A stretch of DNA of 64,000 bases from a virus (IMGVR_UViG_3300036893_000049:1-64000); one strand, 5' to 3'; counted from the first letter of the stretch, positions 1 through 9,648 are shown. Numbers and translations are program-made. Notes: generated from the sequence alone by a model not told the origin.

Positions 1-124
1 GGCGTGAGGTTGAGACCAATCGCCGCGCGTTACCTGGCGGCGTGACGGTTGTCGATGTTCAGTATGTTCGGGAGCGTGCCACGAATTAACCCCGGCGTTC
101 GCGCCATAACACAAGGAAACCACG

Positions 125-415
125 ATGCCGAAATTCTACGAAGTTAAGGGCCGCATCCCCGTCACGGGCAACCCGATCACTGATGCCAAACTGCTCACCA
201 AATTCCAGACCGAGTACGACGCATTCGAGACCGGCTTCGTAGCGGCTGGCGGCACGCTCACCATGCGTCCGGTGACGGAAAAGGATAAGGTGGCCAAAAC
301 CGTCCCCGCCGCCCCGCCGCCCCAGAGCGCGCCAATGGCGTCCGAGCCGGAACCGCAGCCCGTCGTGACCGAACACGCTCCGCGCCATCGTGGGACGGCT
401 CAGGCGGCGGAATAA
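125..415 (+). CDS. hypothetical protein
   Basis: 96-aa ORF with AAGGA Shine-Dalgarno upstream. Confidence 0.6.
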   Translation: MPKFYEVKGRIPVTGNPITDAKLLTKFQTEYDAFETGFVAAGGTLTMRPVTEKDKVAKTVPAAPPPQSAPMASEPEPQPVVTEHAPRHRGTAQAAE

Positions 416-477
416 GCCCATCCCCGCCGTGGGGGCGGATGGTGTCACGGCGGGTCGGCGAAACAAGGAGTGGAACA

Positions 478-1302
478 ATGACTGAAGACAGCGTTCGAGT
501 TGGCGACATCTTCGCTCGTCCCCTCGATCTGATCGACCCCGACCCGAACAATCGCAGCACCGAGACGCCCTATGCCCGCGCGCATATCGCGGAAATCGCG
601 GCGTCAATGGTGGCGCGAGGGTTCGACACAGACCGGGCAATCCTGGTCCGTAAGCAGCGGAACGGGCGCTGGATGGTGACTGACGGCCACATGCGCCTTG
701 CCGCCGCATTTCTGGCCGTGGAGATGGGCGCCAACATCAAGGGCATCCCGTGCCGATCCGAGGCCCAGGGAACGACTGAGGAAGACCGGGCGATCCTGCG
801 GTTGCGCGATCCCGGTCTGGCACCGACACAACTGGAAGCGGCCGAAGACATCAAGCGCCTGATGACGTGGGGCTGGACCCGCGCCAAAATCGCCCTGAAG
901 CTCGGCAAATCAGAATCGTGGGTTGCATCCTGTCTCGATATCGCCGGGACCACGATTGAGATACGCCAGGCCGTGACTGAGAATAAGGTCGCGACCACTG
1001 AGGCGTTGAAGATCGTGCGCGAGCACGGCGACGATGCGGGGGCCGTTATTGAAAAGGCTCACGCCAACGCGGTCGCACGCGGGAAGAAGACCGCTACCGC
1101 CAAGGATGTCAAAGCCGTTACCGAACGCCCCGCGCCTGTCCGCACCGATCCGCCATCTCTCCTCAGTTTCGCCGTAGCCGTAGTGCTTGCGTGGGAGGGT
1201 GGCATTACATCCGAACTCGATGGCGCACTTGACCAGTTGGCCGGGCATATCGGCGGGGCGGTGCTGGACGCGGCGCGGGAGAAGATGGAGATTGCGGCGT
1301 GA
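478..1302 (+). CDS. ParB/Srx N-terminal domain protein with HTH
   Basis: IDPDPNNR...ILVRKQRNGRWMVTDGHMRLAAA motif, then HTH (TRAKIALKLGKSESWV); ATG 478 after AAGGAG. Confidence 0.8.
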   Translation: MTEDSVRVGDIFARPLDLIDPDPNNRSTETPYARAHIAEIAASMVARGFDTDRAILVRKQRNGRWMVTDGHMRLAAAFLAVEMGANIKGIPCRSEAQGTTEEDRAILRLRDPGLAPTQLEAAEDIKRLMTWGWTRAKIALKLGKSESWVASCLDIAGTTIEIRQAVTENKVATTEALKIVREHGDDAGAVIEKAHANAVARGKKTATAKDVKAVTERPAPVRTDPPSLLSFAVAVVLAWEGGITSELDGALDQLAGHIGGAVLDAAREKMEIAA

Positions 1303-1384
1303 TCCGCGCCCAGGACAAGGCCAAGGCCGAGGAACTGCAAAACGATGTTGATCTGTATCAGCACGCGCTTGGCGAGTAACCGAC

Positions 1385-1876
1385 ATGCAAGAAAGGCTAA
1401 TCCTCATGTGCAGCAAACCAAACAAACGCCCTACGCAGGCGACAGCCGAAATGCGGATGCGAGCGGCCATTAAGGTTGCCGCTGATCTGATCGACAGTGG
1501 TGACTTCAACGAGTCCGATACGCCGGAATCTTTGGCCGCGGATATTGTTGGCGTAAGGTGTTGGGAGCGTGACGGCTACGCTCTCGCGCGGGAACTTGAA
1601 CGCGATAAGGGATGGTCACCGGACGAACAAATGGTCGAAACGCTTGGTGGTTATTTCCATGCGTGCGATGATGAACTTAGTGCCGCCGAAAAACTCTGGG
1701 GCGAGGAAAATCCGATGGAGCCGCCATTGCCCGTGGGAACGCGCGTGAAAGCTGGCAAAGAGGAAGGCGAGATAATCGGTATCGCGAAATACTCGGTTCA
1801 TAGTTTTGCCGTGAAAGTGCCGAGTGTGGAAAACGGTTATCGTGTGGTGCGGTTCGAGGATGCGGAGGCGCTGTGA
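1385..1876 (+). CDS. hypothetical phage protein
   Basis: 163-aa ORF in a co-directional operon. Confidence 0.6.
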   Translation: MQERLILMCSKPNKRPTQATAEMRMRAAIKVAADLIDSGDFNESDTPESLAADIVGVRCWERDGYALARELERDKGWSPDEQMVETLGGYFHACDDELSAAEKLWGEENPMEPPLPVGTRVKAGKEEGEIIGIAKYSVHSFAVKVPSVENGYRVVRFEDAEAL

Positions 1877-1877
1877 C

Positions 1878-2117
1878 ATGACCCTCAACCCCCGCGACAA
1901 CACCATTTGCTACATCGCCCGTGCGAGACTGCCAACGACGAGCTATCCCACCGGAACCGTTGTGGGGGCGATCGTGGATGATGGTAAAGCGGGCTGTTCT
2001 GCCGCGGTCGGAGGATGGATTAGTGATGGCCACGTGATCGAACGCGCGCCGGTCTGGTGGTGCAGGCTGCATTTGTTCTCGACGGCGCGGTATCGCGAGG
2101 GGGATTTGCCGGGATGA
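1878..2117 (+). CDS. hypothetical protein
   Basis: ATG directly after the previous stop. Confidence 0.45.
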   Translation: MTLNPRDNTICYIARARLPTTSYPTGTVVGAIVDDGKAGCSAAVGGWISDGHVIERAPVWWCRLHLFSTARYREGDLPG

Positions 2118-2183
2118 TCCGCTCTATCATCGCTATCATCGGCAGCCTACACATACATCGTCCAATAACCAAAGGAGAATCAC

Positions 2184-2849
2184 ATGGTATCGATGAGCAA
2201 CACACTTGACCAGGCCGCGCTTCTTGGCTTTGTCGAGCGGATTGAGAAAATCAACGCGGAGATGATCGACCCCGGCAAGGAGGATGTAAAAGTCATTCTG
2301 GCAGAGGCCCGCGCCGCCGGATTTTTGCCTAAGGGCGTTCAACTCTGCGTGAAAGTACGAGCGAAGACGCCGCGCGAACATGAGGAAAGCGAGGAATTGC
2401 GTGACCTCTATCTTCACGGAATCGGTATGGCCGAGGTTCCGCCGTTGTTTCGGCAACTCGACGCCATGGCCGGGCAGAAACTTGGCGGTGATGCTCTGAT
2501 TGAAGGGTTGAAGGAACTGGTCCCGACCAAGGGCGAGATAACCGTTAAATTCGACGGAAAGACACCCATGCGGTTGTGGCGTGATTCGGACGGAAAAGCG
2601 CACGCGGAAGAAGTTAAGGCCACTCCAATGCCATCAGTTCGCGCGCCAGGAACGCCAGCCGCCCCTTCGCGTCCCCAGCAGGACGTGCCCACCGTGGATG
2701 ATGCCGGGGCATTGGAACTCGGCAAACAGGCCGCTCGTGACAACAAAGCCATCATCACCAACCCTTTCCCCTACGGCGACACGCGCCGTCCAAAGTTTGA
2801 CGAAGGATGGCGGCGTGAAACCGGAAACGACGGCTTTGGCCCCGGCTGA
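2184..2849 (+). CDS. GapR (DUF2312)-like DNA-binding domain fused to a C-terminal Rmf/CrpP-like motif
   Basis: N-terminus LLGFVERIEKI...EDVKVILAEARAAGF...ELRDLYLHGIGM matches the GapR pattern; C-terminus ELGKQAA...NPFP...FDEGW resembles Rmf. Confidence 0.7.
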   Translation: MVSMSNTLDQAALLGFVERIEKINAEMIDPGKEDVKVILAEARAAGFLPKGVQLCVKVRAKTPREHEESEELRDLYLHGIGMAEVPPLFRQLDAMAGQKLGGDALIEGLKELVPTKGEITVKFDGKTPMRLWRDSDGKAHAEEVKATPMPSVRAPGTPAAPSRPQQDVPTVDDAGALELGKQAARDNKAIITNPFPYGDTRRPKFDEGWRRETGNDGFGPG

Positions 2850-3814
2850 TGTGGGGCGAAGAACGCAAGCCCGTACTTACCGGGTTCGGTGACATCTTCT
2901 GGCCGGGTGAGGCGCAAGAACCTATTCTTGCGCGCCCGGTTCGGATGGCGCTCACCGAATGGCTCACTGAGGTGTGGGCCGAACCAGAATTAAACGAAGT
3001 CGGGATCAGCGCGCGTAAGAAGGCCATTTTCGATGGTGCGCCGGGCGTCGGAAAAACGACGCTCGCACATCACCTTTCCGCACGTTTGGGTCTTCCTATG
3101 CTGGCCGTGCGCCCCGAAAGGCTGATATCAAAATGGCTTGGTGAAACGGCCCGCAATGTTGGTAATTTATTTGACCTCGCCGCGAACGGTCTTTCCGATG
3201 AGAACAAAGGATCAACCCCCGTTGTTTTGTTCATTGATGAATTCGACGCGATTTCGCACCAACGCGGGCGATCACAGACCGGCGCGGAAGAAGAGCGCAA
3301 CGCATGGGTCAACACGCTCTTGCAGTGCATCGACCGATATAAAGGATTTTTGATCGCGGCAACCAATTTTGGAGAACATGTTGACCAGGCCATTTGGCGC
3401 CGGTTTGATATGCACATCACACTGGCGCTACCTGGGCAAGATGAACGCGAGAGAATTCTCGCCCGATATCTTGTCCCGTTCGGACTGCCGCCGCGTGCCA
3501 TGACGGGACTTGCCGAAGCATTTGAGACCGCCTCTCCGGCCCTCATACGGGCGTGGTGCGAGAATTTGAAGCGGCAACTGGTAATTGGACCGAAACTCAA
3601 CAGCGATATGCGGCGTGATCCGACGATTGAACGAATCCTGGCATCTGTGCATCCCCATCCTGATCTCGGCAAGCCTCGTTTGTGGACTTTGTTGGCGCGT
3701 GATCCTTCGATGGCGCTGATACCGTGGCCCTTGCCGATGGCTGTTGATGTTGTCGCGGATGATATTGAGCCAATCGTTCCCGATAACGTGGTTTCGATTG
3801 GAACGCGGGCATGA
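2849..3814 (+). CDS. AAA+ ATPase
   Basis: Walker A GAPGVGKT, Walker B VLFIDEFD, sensor AATN, Arg finger WRRFD. Confidence 0.9.
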   Translation: MWGEERKPVLTGFGDIFWPGEAQEPILARPVRMALTEWLTEVWAEPELNEVGISARKKAIFDGAPGVGKTTLAHHLSARLGLPMLAVRPERLISKWLGETARNVGNLFDLAANGLSDENKGSTPVVLFIDEFDAISHQRGRSQTGAEEERNAWVNTLLQCIDRYKGFLIAATNFGEHVDQAIWRRFDMHITLALPGQDERERILARYLVPFGLPPRAMTGLAEAFETASPALIRAWCENLKRQLVIGPKLNSDMRRDPTIERILASVHPHPDLGKPRLWTLLARDPSMALIPWPLPMAVDVVADDIEPIVPDNVVSIGTRA

Positions 3815-4407
3815 CCAAAGGCACCACAATCCATGCCAGGCTCAAGACACTTATCGAGGTCCCCACAACCCGGCATCTTTGGACACCACAGGATACAACT
3901 ACCTTCATCCCGCCGGTAATGAGCAAAATATACGGCGACGGGCGCGCACTTTTTAGGCTGACAACCATAAACGATCGCCCAGCCTATTGGGTGATTCGCG
4001 GTGACAGCGGCTGGCAATGTGGAGACGTGCATGCCCCTGATAATGCCCCGGATTTCGTTGATTTCCTCGACGATATTTTAACTTGCCTCGAAGATGAATT
4101 TGGGCGCGCCCTGTGCGGATATAATGGATCAAGCCTCTATACGCCGCCATCTGAACGGGATTGCACATGCGAAGAATGTTCCGATCCGGATAACGTGGCC
4201 CAATGGCCGAATGTTGATTCCTCAGAGGGTTGTTTGTGGGATAGAATAGACTGGCCAGCCGAATTCGGCACCATCGACCATCCTTGGACATGGCAGAGCA
4301 ATCTATTGGCACTGGAGGAAGAGTTGGCCTTTACCCCCGGGCACCCTCGTATCACCAATTTTTGGTTGCGGGCGGAGATTGAGCGCGCCGCAAGGATGCC
4401 GACATGA
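3811..4407 (+). CDS. hypothetical protein
   Basis: ATGA overlaps on both sides. Confidence 0.6.
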   Translation: MTKGTTIHARLKTLIEVPTTRHLWTPQDTTTFIPPVMSKIYGDGRALFRLTTINDRPAYWVIRGDSGWQCGDVHAPDNAPDFVDFLDDILTCLEDEFGRALCGYNGSSLYTPPSERDCTCEECSDPDNVAQWPNVDSSEGCLWDRIDWPAEFGTIDHPWTWQSNLLALEEELAFTPGHPRITNFWLRAEIERAARMPT

Positions 4408-4610
4408 CCCGCTACCGCACCCCCGCCGGTTCCCGCGTCACGATCACTGGCGAGCATCGCGGGATCACGGAAATCGTGTTCGACTGGTTCGAGGAAGGGG
4501 CATGTCCCGAGGCGCATCCAGCCGTGGAGATATTTCTCGGGGAGGCGATGTTGGTATGGGGTTGTGGGTGCTGCGAGCCTGGGTCGGCGCGGTTGGAGGG
4601 GGTGTCGTGA
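4404..4610 (+). CDS. small hypothetical protein
   Basis: start and stop overlap the neighbouring genes. Confidence 0.5.
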   Translation: MTRYRTPAGSRVTITGEHRGITEIVFDWFEEGACPEAHPAVEIFLGEAMLVWGCGCCEPGSARLEGVS

Positions 4611-5443
4611 GGCGCGAGGTGATCGGGGATGCGGTGCTGTATTTGGGGGACGCGCGTGAGATCGCGCCAACGCTTGGTCAGATCGACATGATTTTCACCG
4701 ATCCTCCATATGGGCACAACAACAACAACAATGATCTTATACACCGCAGGGAAGCCGCTCTCGGTCAACTTCCCATCGGCGCGGACACACCGCAGGGCCG
4801 CGCGATTCTGAACGACGGTCCAGAAGCGAATGATCTGGTGCGCTGGCTTTTTTCATTTGCTAAAACGGCGCTATGGCCCGGTTCCTGCTGCTGCTGCTGC
4901 TGCGGCGGCGGCGGCGGTCCCGACCCACAATTCGCACGTTGGTCGCTTTGGATGGACGAACTGCTCAGCTTCAAGCAAATGATTGTTTGGGACAAGGGGC
5001 CGATGGGGATGGGTTGGCATTACCGCCGCTCCTACGAAACGGTCTTAGTAGGCCAGAAGCCGGGGGCGGCATGCCGCTGGTATGACGAAACCAATATGGT
5101 TGAGAACATCATTCGGCCAAACACGCTCGATATCCGGAAAATTCTGCCGTCGAAAGATGACCATCCGACGCCGAAACACTGGCGCATGGCCGCACATTTT
5201 ATGGCGCTACACACAAAACCCGGCGATCTGGTGCTTGATCCGTTCATGGGCGGGGGGTCCACACTGGAAGCTGGGATAAAAACCGGACGGCGCGTGATAG
5301 GGATTGAGATCGACCCGGAACATTTTGAACGATCAATCCTGCGGTGCGAGGCCGCATTAAAGGAACCGCGCGACCTGTTCATCGCCCCTCCCGCCGCCAC
5401 CCCCGCGCGCCAGGGCGGGTTGTTCGAGGGGGACGAGAAGTGA
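4607..5443 (+). CDS. DNA amino-methyltransferase (N6A/N4C, beta class)
   Basis: TDPPY catalytic motif, HPTPK, VLDPFMGGGST SAM-binding motif; GTG start overlapping the upstream TGA. Confidence 0.9.
   Translation: MRREVIGDAVLYLGDAREIAPTLGQIDMIFTDPPYGHNNNNNDLIHRREAALGQLPIGADTPQGRAILNDGPEANDLVRWLFSFAKTALWPGSCCCCCCGGGGGPDPQFARWSLWMDELLSFKQMIVWDKGPMGMGWHYRRSYETVLVGQKPGAACRWYDETNMVENIIRPNTLDIRKILPSKDDHPTPKHWRMAAHFMALHTKPGDLVLDPFMGGGSTLEAGIKTGRRVIGIEIDPEHFERSILRCEAALKEPRDLFIAPPAATPARQGGLFEGDEK
4886..4918 (+). repeat. (TGC)6(GGC)4GGT microsatellite encoding CCCCCCGGGGG
   Basis: read directly from sequence. Confidence 0.9.
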
Positions 5444-6822
5444 TTCGTATTCTGCAAGGCGACTGCCGCGATGTGCTGAAAACGCTGCCGGATGCGAGTG
5501 TGCAGTGCTGCGTGACGAGCCCGCCGTACTACGGCTTGCGGGACTACGGAACCGGAACATGGGATGGCGGTGATCCTGAGTGCGACCATCTCGAAGTGCA
5601 TCCACAAGAACGCGAAGGACGTGAAACACCGGGCGGTCGTGGTGGTTCGTTTCCCCAAACCGAAAGAGCGTTCAAAGGCATATGTGGCAAGTGCGGCGCT
5701 GTCCGCGTAGACCGTCAGATCGGCCTTGAACAATCACCAGAGGATTACGTCAACGAACTTGTTGGCGTGTTTCGGGAGGTGAAAAGGGTTCTGAGGGACG
5801 ACGGTGTTCTGTGGCTGAATTTAGGGGACTCATATTGTTCGGCGTCTGGTAAAGGCGATAACGTGCCTCAAACGAAGAACCCGAATGTCTCATTCCCCAA
5901 TAGTGCCCCTCATCGAAATGGGTTAAGACCTAGCAACCCTGAGAAAAACGGCGGTAATAGCAATCGCGATGGCATCCGTGTCGAAGGCATAAAACCCAAA
6001 GACCTACTTGGAATCCCCTGGATGGTAGCCTTCGCGCTCCGTGCGGACGGTTGGTGGTTGCGGCAAGATAATATCTGGGCCAAGCGGAACGTCATGCCAG
6101 AGTCCGTCCGTGACCGTACCACGCGCGCCCATGAGATTGTGTTCATGCTGACCAAGAACGCGCAGTATTATTATGACGCGACCGCGATTGAGGAAGACGG
6201 CGATATTCCAGCCGGAACCAAGGGCGCGAAAGGGAGCGTTGAGCGTGCTGAGCAAGCCAATGGTCGGCCGCCTGAATATGCGATCTACACCGGGAAACGG
6301 AATAAACGGTCGGTTTGGCATGTCGCGACACAGCCCTTTTCTGACGCTCATTTTGCTACTATGCCACCCGCGATTGTCGAGACGTGCGTTTTGGCGGGGA
6401 CTTCTGAGAAAGGGTGTTGCCCAAAATGCGGAGCGCCATGGAAACGCAATATTACAAGAAAAGACAAAGGCTTCGATGGTTCGCGTTATGGCGAACGCGT
6501 GGTTGAAGCGTCTGGCGGCGCTAAATCTGGCGGAACGGCTCATAGCACTCTAGGCTCTAGCAACGGGAAGATGACTGGTGAAACAATTACAATGGGTTGG
6601 TCGCCTGATTGCGAATGTGGCGTCGTCTCGTTAATGCAATCCTCCTGCGAACCTATCCCCTGCACCGTCCTCGACCCCTTCTCCGGTGCGGGGACAACCG
6701 CACTGGTCGCTGATCGCCTCGGCCGCGATGCCATCGGGATCGAACTCAACCCAGAGTATGCGGAAATGACCAGGCGCAGGATCGTGAAAGACGCTGGCAT
6801 GTTCGCAGACATCGCGCCATGA
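5440..6822 (+). CDS. DNA amino-methyltransferase (SPPY type, probably N4C) with Zn-ribbon insertions
   Basis: TSPPY, WLNLGDSY, HFATMP, VLDPFSGAGTT motifs; CxxC insertions. Confidence 0.9.
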   Translation: MIRILQGDCRDVLKTLPDASVQCCVTSPPYYGLRDYGTGTWDGGDPECDHLEVHPQEREGRETPGGRGGSFPQTERAFKGICGKCGAVRVDRQIGLEQSPEDYVNELVGVFREVKRVLRDDGVLWLNLGDSYCSASGKGDNVPQTKNPNVSFPNSAPHRNGLRPSNPEKNGGNSNRDGIRVEGIKPKDLLGIPWMVAFALRADGWWLRQDNIWAKRNVMPESVRDRTTRAHEIVFMLTKNAQYYYDATAIEEDGDIPAGTKGAKGSVERAEQANGRPPEYAIYTGKRNKRSVWHVATQPFSDAHFATMPPAIVETCVLAGTSEKGCCPKCGAPWKRNITRKDKGFDGSRYGERVVEASGGAKSGGTAHSTLGSSNGKMTGETITMGWSPDCECGVVSLMQSSCEPIPCTVLDPFSGAGTTALVADRLGRDAIGIELNPEYAEMTRRRIVKDAGMFADIAP

Positions 6823-6886
6823 GACACATCGCCATCGCCCTCATCGCGGATCGCACGGGTCTATCGCGTCAGGAAAGGAGAATGAA

Positions 6887-7249
6887 ATGAGTTTTTGGTA
6901 TCTCGCGACCCCATACTCTAAATATCCTCACGGGATTCACGAAGCATTCGTGCTCGCGGTTCAACAGCGCGGGTTGCTTCTCCGCGCCGGTATTCCTGTG
7001 TTCAGCCCAATCATTCATAGTCATCCCGTCGCGATTCAATGCGGATTGGATCCTTTCGATCACTCGATCTGGCTTCCTTCCGAAGAACCGATCCTGCGGT
7101 GTGCTTCGGGGATAATAATGCTGAAGGCCGATTCCTGGGAGATTAGCTACGGGATGCGTGTGGAACGAGAACTATTCGAGGCCGCCGGTAAGCCGGTGGT
7201 GTGGATGACGCCTGGAACTGTGCCCGAGGAATTACGGGTTAAAAGCTGA
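6887..7249 (+). CDS. DUF1937-like (nucleoside deoxyribosyltransferase fold) protein
   Basis: YLATPYS, VFSPIIHSH, WEISYGM..E motifs. Confidence 0.75.
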   Translation: MSFWYLATPYSKYPHGIHEAFVLAVQQRGLLLRAGIPVFSPIIHSHPVAIQCGLDPFDHSIWLPSEEPILRCASGIIMLKADSWEISYGMRVERELFEAAGKPVVWMTPGTVPEELRVKS

Positions 7250-7299
7250 ACACCTCGCCGCCGTCGCGGTGACAGCGTGGCGGGAGATGGAGGGAACCC

Positions 7300-7593
7300 A
7301 TGACGAAAGGCATCCACGGCAGCAGACAACGTGAAGATTACCCGATCCGTCCGGCGATGATGGCCGCGCAATGCCGGGTTCTGGCGGCCGATCTTCGGCG
7401 TGAGTCCGCGCAAGGGATGGCGATGGTCGCAATGACGGGGCTCGGCAATACCAACATCAGCCGCCTCGAAGCCGCCCAGATGATGGAGATGCAGGCGGCG
7501 CGCTGGCAGGCCGAATGCGATACCGGTATCGCAAATGTGATAGATCGGGCCAGGATGGACCCGGATTGGAGGAGTGATGCGAGCCGCCCCTAA
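7300..7593 (+). CDS. hypothetical protein
   Basis: GGAGG Shine-Dalgarno, 97 aa. Confidence 0.5.
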   Translation: MTKGIHGSRQREDYPIRPAMMAAQCRVLAADLRRESAQGMAMVAMTGLGNTNISRLEAAQMMEMQAARWQAECDTGIANVIDRARMDPDWRSDASRP

Positions 7594-8008
7594 ACTGTTG
7601 TGCCCGATGGGCCAGGAGCGTCCCTGGGCTGAAATACCGTGCGACAGATGTTCAACTGTCGGGATCACGATCCTGGCATCGAGCATTACGCGGAATGGCG
7701 TGCTGGAACTTGGGTTCTGTGGACCGCCGTGCGCGGCGATGAACGGATGGCCGTGGTTGCGGCCGGAGGTCGGTTGGCCGTGGTTGCGGCCGGAGGACGA
7801 CGCGCCATGACCCACCCCCATCGCACGCCCAAACCGAACTGGTCCCGGCCGCCGGTGCGAACCGACCCCGGCGCACCGATGCGGTTTCCCGCGCGTCCGG
7901 TCGTGGTCGATGCCTGCACCGAGGCCGCGCCGATCCTGCGGTGGTGCGTCGGGATTGGTTGCGGAAATACATCGAGAAAAAAGGTTGGTCGGTGCGTGTG
8001 ATTCCCGC

Positions 8009-8037
8009 TTGACATTCTCACGTAACCGATAAAATAT
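8009..8037 (+). promoter_or_regulatory. putative sigma70 promoter
   Basis: TTGACA at 8009 with an AT-rich -10 region (TAAAAT or AAATAT, 15-17 nt spacer). Confidence 0.5.
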
Positions 8038-8250
8038 GCTCGGGCTACGTTGTTTTTGGAATGTTGGTTGATACGGACCGGGCCGAACCCGGATGTGCAA
8101 GCGAGGGAGTCGTGACATGACAGCGCGAAGTCGGGGCTGATGCCCGTTTATCTAGACCTGCAAACAATCATGATCGCCGGCGCCGGCACCGCGGCCTGAA
8201 TACGCGGTCGGCCTGAAGTCTTCGGGTAATCCCGCCCGGAGAAACGCGTT

Positions 8251-8285
8251 AAGGCCCTTCCGTGTGGAGGGCCTTTTTGCTTTTT
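8251..8285 (+). terminator. rho-independent terminator
   Basis: AAGGCCCTTCC-GTGT-GGAGGGCCTT hairpin followed by T runs. Confidence 0.85.
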
Positions 8286-8346
8286 GGGGCTTGACAAGCA
8301 TACGCTCGAAACCCATCCTATAGTAACCAACCGCCCGGAACCACCC

Positions 8347-8595
8347 ATGAAATCCCGCCTCGTCAGCAAAAACGTCACCCTCCCCACGGGCCGGACATCG
8401 TTCCGAATGGAGCCGGAGTTCTGGGCGGCGCTGGATGAGATCGCCAGGGTCGAGGGCGTTACGCGGAACGATCTGGTCGGGCGGGCGCAGGCAGCCTACC
8501 CAGATGGCACGCGAACCAGCGCGGTGGGAGTATTTGTTTTGGAGTGGTTCAGGGAGGGCCTTTTTGCTGTTTGGGGCTTGGCGCGGAATGTCTGA
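8347..8595 (+). CDS. ribbon-helix-helix (RHH_4-like) protein
   Basis: SKNVTL..GRTSFRMEPEFWAALDEIA...TSAV.VFVL pattern. Confidence 0.8.
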   Translation: MKSRLVSKNVTLPTGRTSFRMEPEFWAALDEIARVEGVTRNDLVGRAQAAYPDGTRTSAVGVFVLEWFREGLFAVWGLARNV

Positions 8596-9103
8596 CTTCC
8601 CTCTCACCCTCCCAAACCTCGGCCTCACCGTTGTCCTCTATGCCCTGACGCTCTGGGCCGCGTTTGAGGTCGGATTGGCGGTGGCGCGGCGGAAGGATTT
8701 GCAGCGTTCCGGCTGGCTGGCAGACCAGATTGTTCAAGCGTATCGAGACGGGCGGGCGGAGGGGGTTGTAGTGGGCAAGATGTTCGGCTTCCGCGAAGGC
8801 CAGCGTTCTCGGGAGACGTGGCGCGGGCAGACCATGAAACACCTCTACACCGAAGCGGAATGGACCGAAGAAGACGGTCCCGTTCTCTGGTGGAAATTCC
8901 CGGTGACGGAACCGCCATGGGTGGGGACGCCGTTGTGTTGCGGCAGAACCATGCGTGTTCGGATTTGCTGTGGCCTAGATAGCAATGAGATCGAACTGAC
9001 GCACGATGAGCCCGGAGACGGTTGGCCCGGCTACCACACGCATTGGCAACGGATAAAAGTGCCGAAGGAACCACGGATAAAAGTGCCGAAGGAACCGAAG
9101 TGA
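8588..9103 (+). CDS. hypothetical protein with N-terminal TM segment
   Basis: hydrophobic N-terminus; EEDGPVLWW..P..EPPWVGTP phage motif. Confidence 0.55.
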   Translation: MSDFPLTLPNLGLTVVLYALTLWAAFEVGLAVARRKDLQRSGWLADQIVQAYRDGRAEGVVVGKMFGFREGQRSRETWRGQTMKHLYTEAEWTEEDGPVLWWKFPVTEPPWVGTPLCCGRTMRVRICCGLDSNEIELTHDEPGDGWPGYHTHWQRIKVPKEPRIKVPKEPK

Positions 9104-9648
9104 CAGCCCGAAAACACAGCCCCGCGCACGATTTTTGGCATCCCCGTGTCGAGGGTCAAATCCGTCACACCATAGGGCGCCACCCGGAATGGTTCGGCGC
9201 GCTATCATCGGCCAACCGGGTTAAGTTTGTCAATTCGCTGGCGAAGCGAATTGTCGGAGAGATCGTTGCCTGCGACCAAGGTGGGCGCGATGCCGGGCGA
9301 GTGGCGGAGAACTGCGAACCCGGCGGTTCTGGTGGTGTTGTGACGATGCCGCCAGACGCGCGGCCCATGGTCCAGTCTGTGGGCCGCGCGATACCGGCAC
9401 GCCGTCCCATCGACACCATTCCCGAGGCCATGAAAGACGGCCGCCTCGTGCTGATCTGGCACGGCAGGTCGGATGAGCCTTGGCTGGCGCGGTTCCGTGA
9501 TGGGCAGTGGTTTAACGATCAATTCCGCCGAGATCGTCGGTGGTACTTCGCGGATGTGCGGGAGTGGGCGGAGGTGCCGGGAACAACTGAGGGAGGAACA
9601 CATGAGCGATACAATCGACGGCGATCTGTTCGAGGCGCCGAAGACTGA
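9100..9648 (+). CDS. hypothetical protein
   Basis: GTGA overlap with the upstream stop. Confidence 0.5.
   Translation: MTARKHSPAHDFWHPRVEGQIRHTIGRHPEWFGALSSANRVKFVNSLAKRIVGEIVACDQGGRDAGRVAENCEPGGSGGVVTMPPDARPMVQSVGRAIPARRPIDTIPEAMKDGRLVLIWHGRSDEPWLARFRDGQWFNDQFRRDRRWYFADVREWAEVPGTTEGGTHERYNRRRSVRGAED

Noticed and set aside
478-1302. ParB as evidence of a plasmid-prophage partition system
   Set aside because: No ParA or parS is seen, and solo ParB-like domains are common in phage early regions.
8075-8200. tmRNA-like cues (GGGGCTGAT, GCAAAC, short ORF ending AA*)
   Set aside because: There is no acceptor stem, T arm with CCA, or in-frame resume codon.
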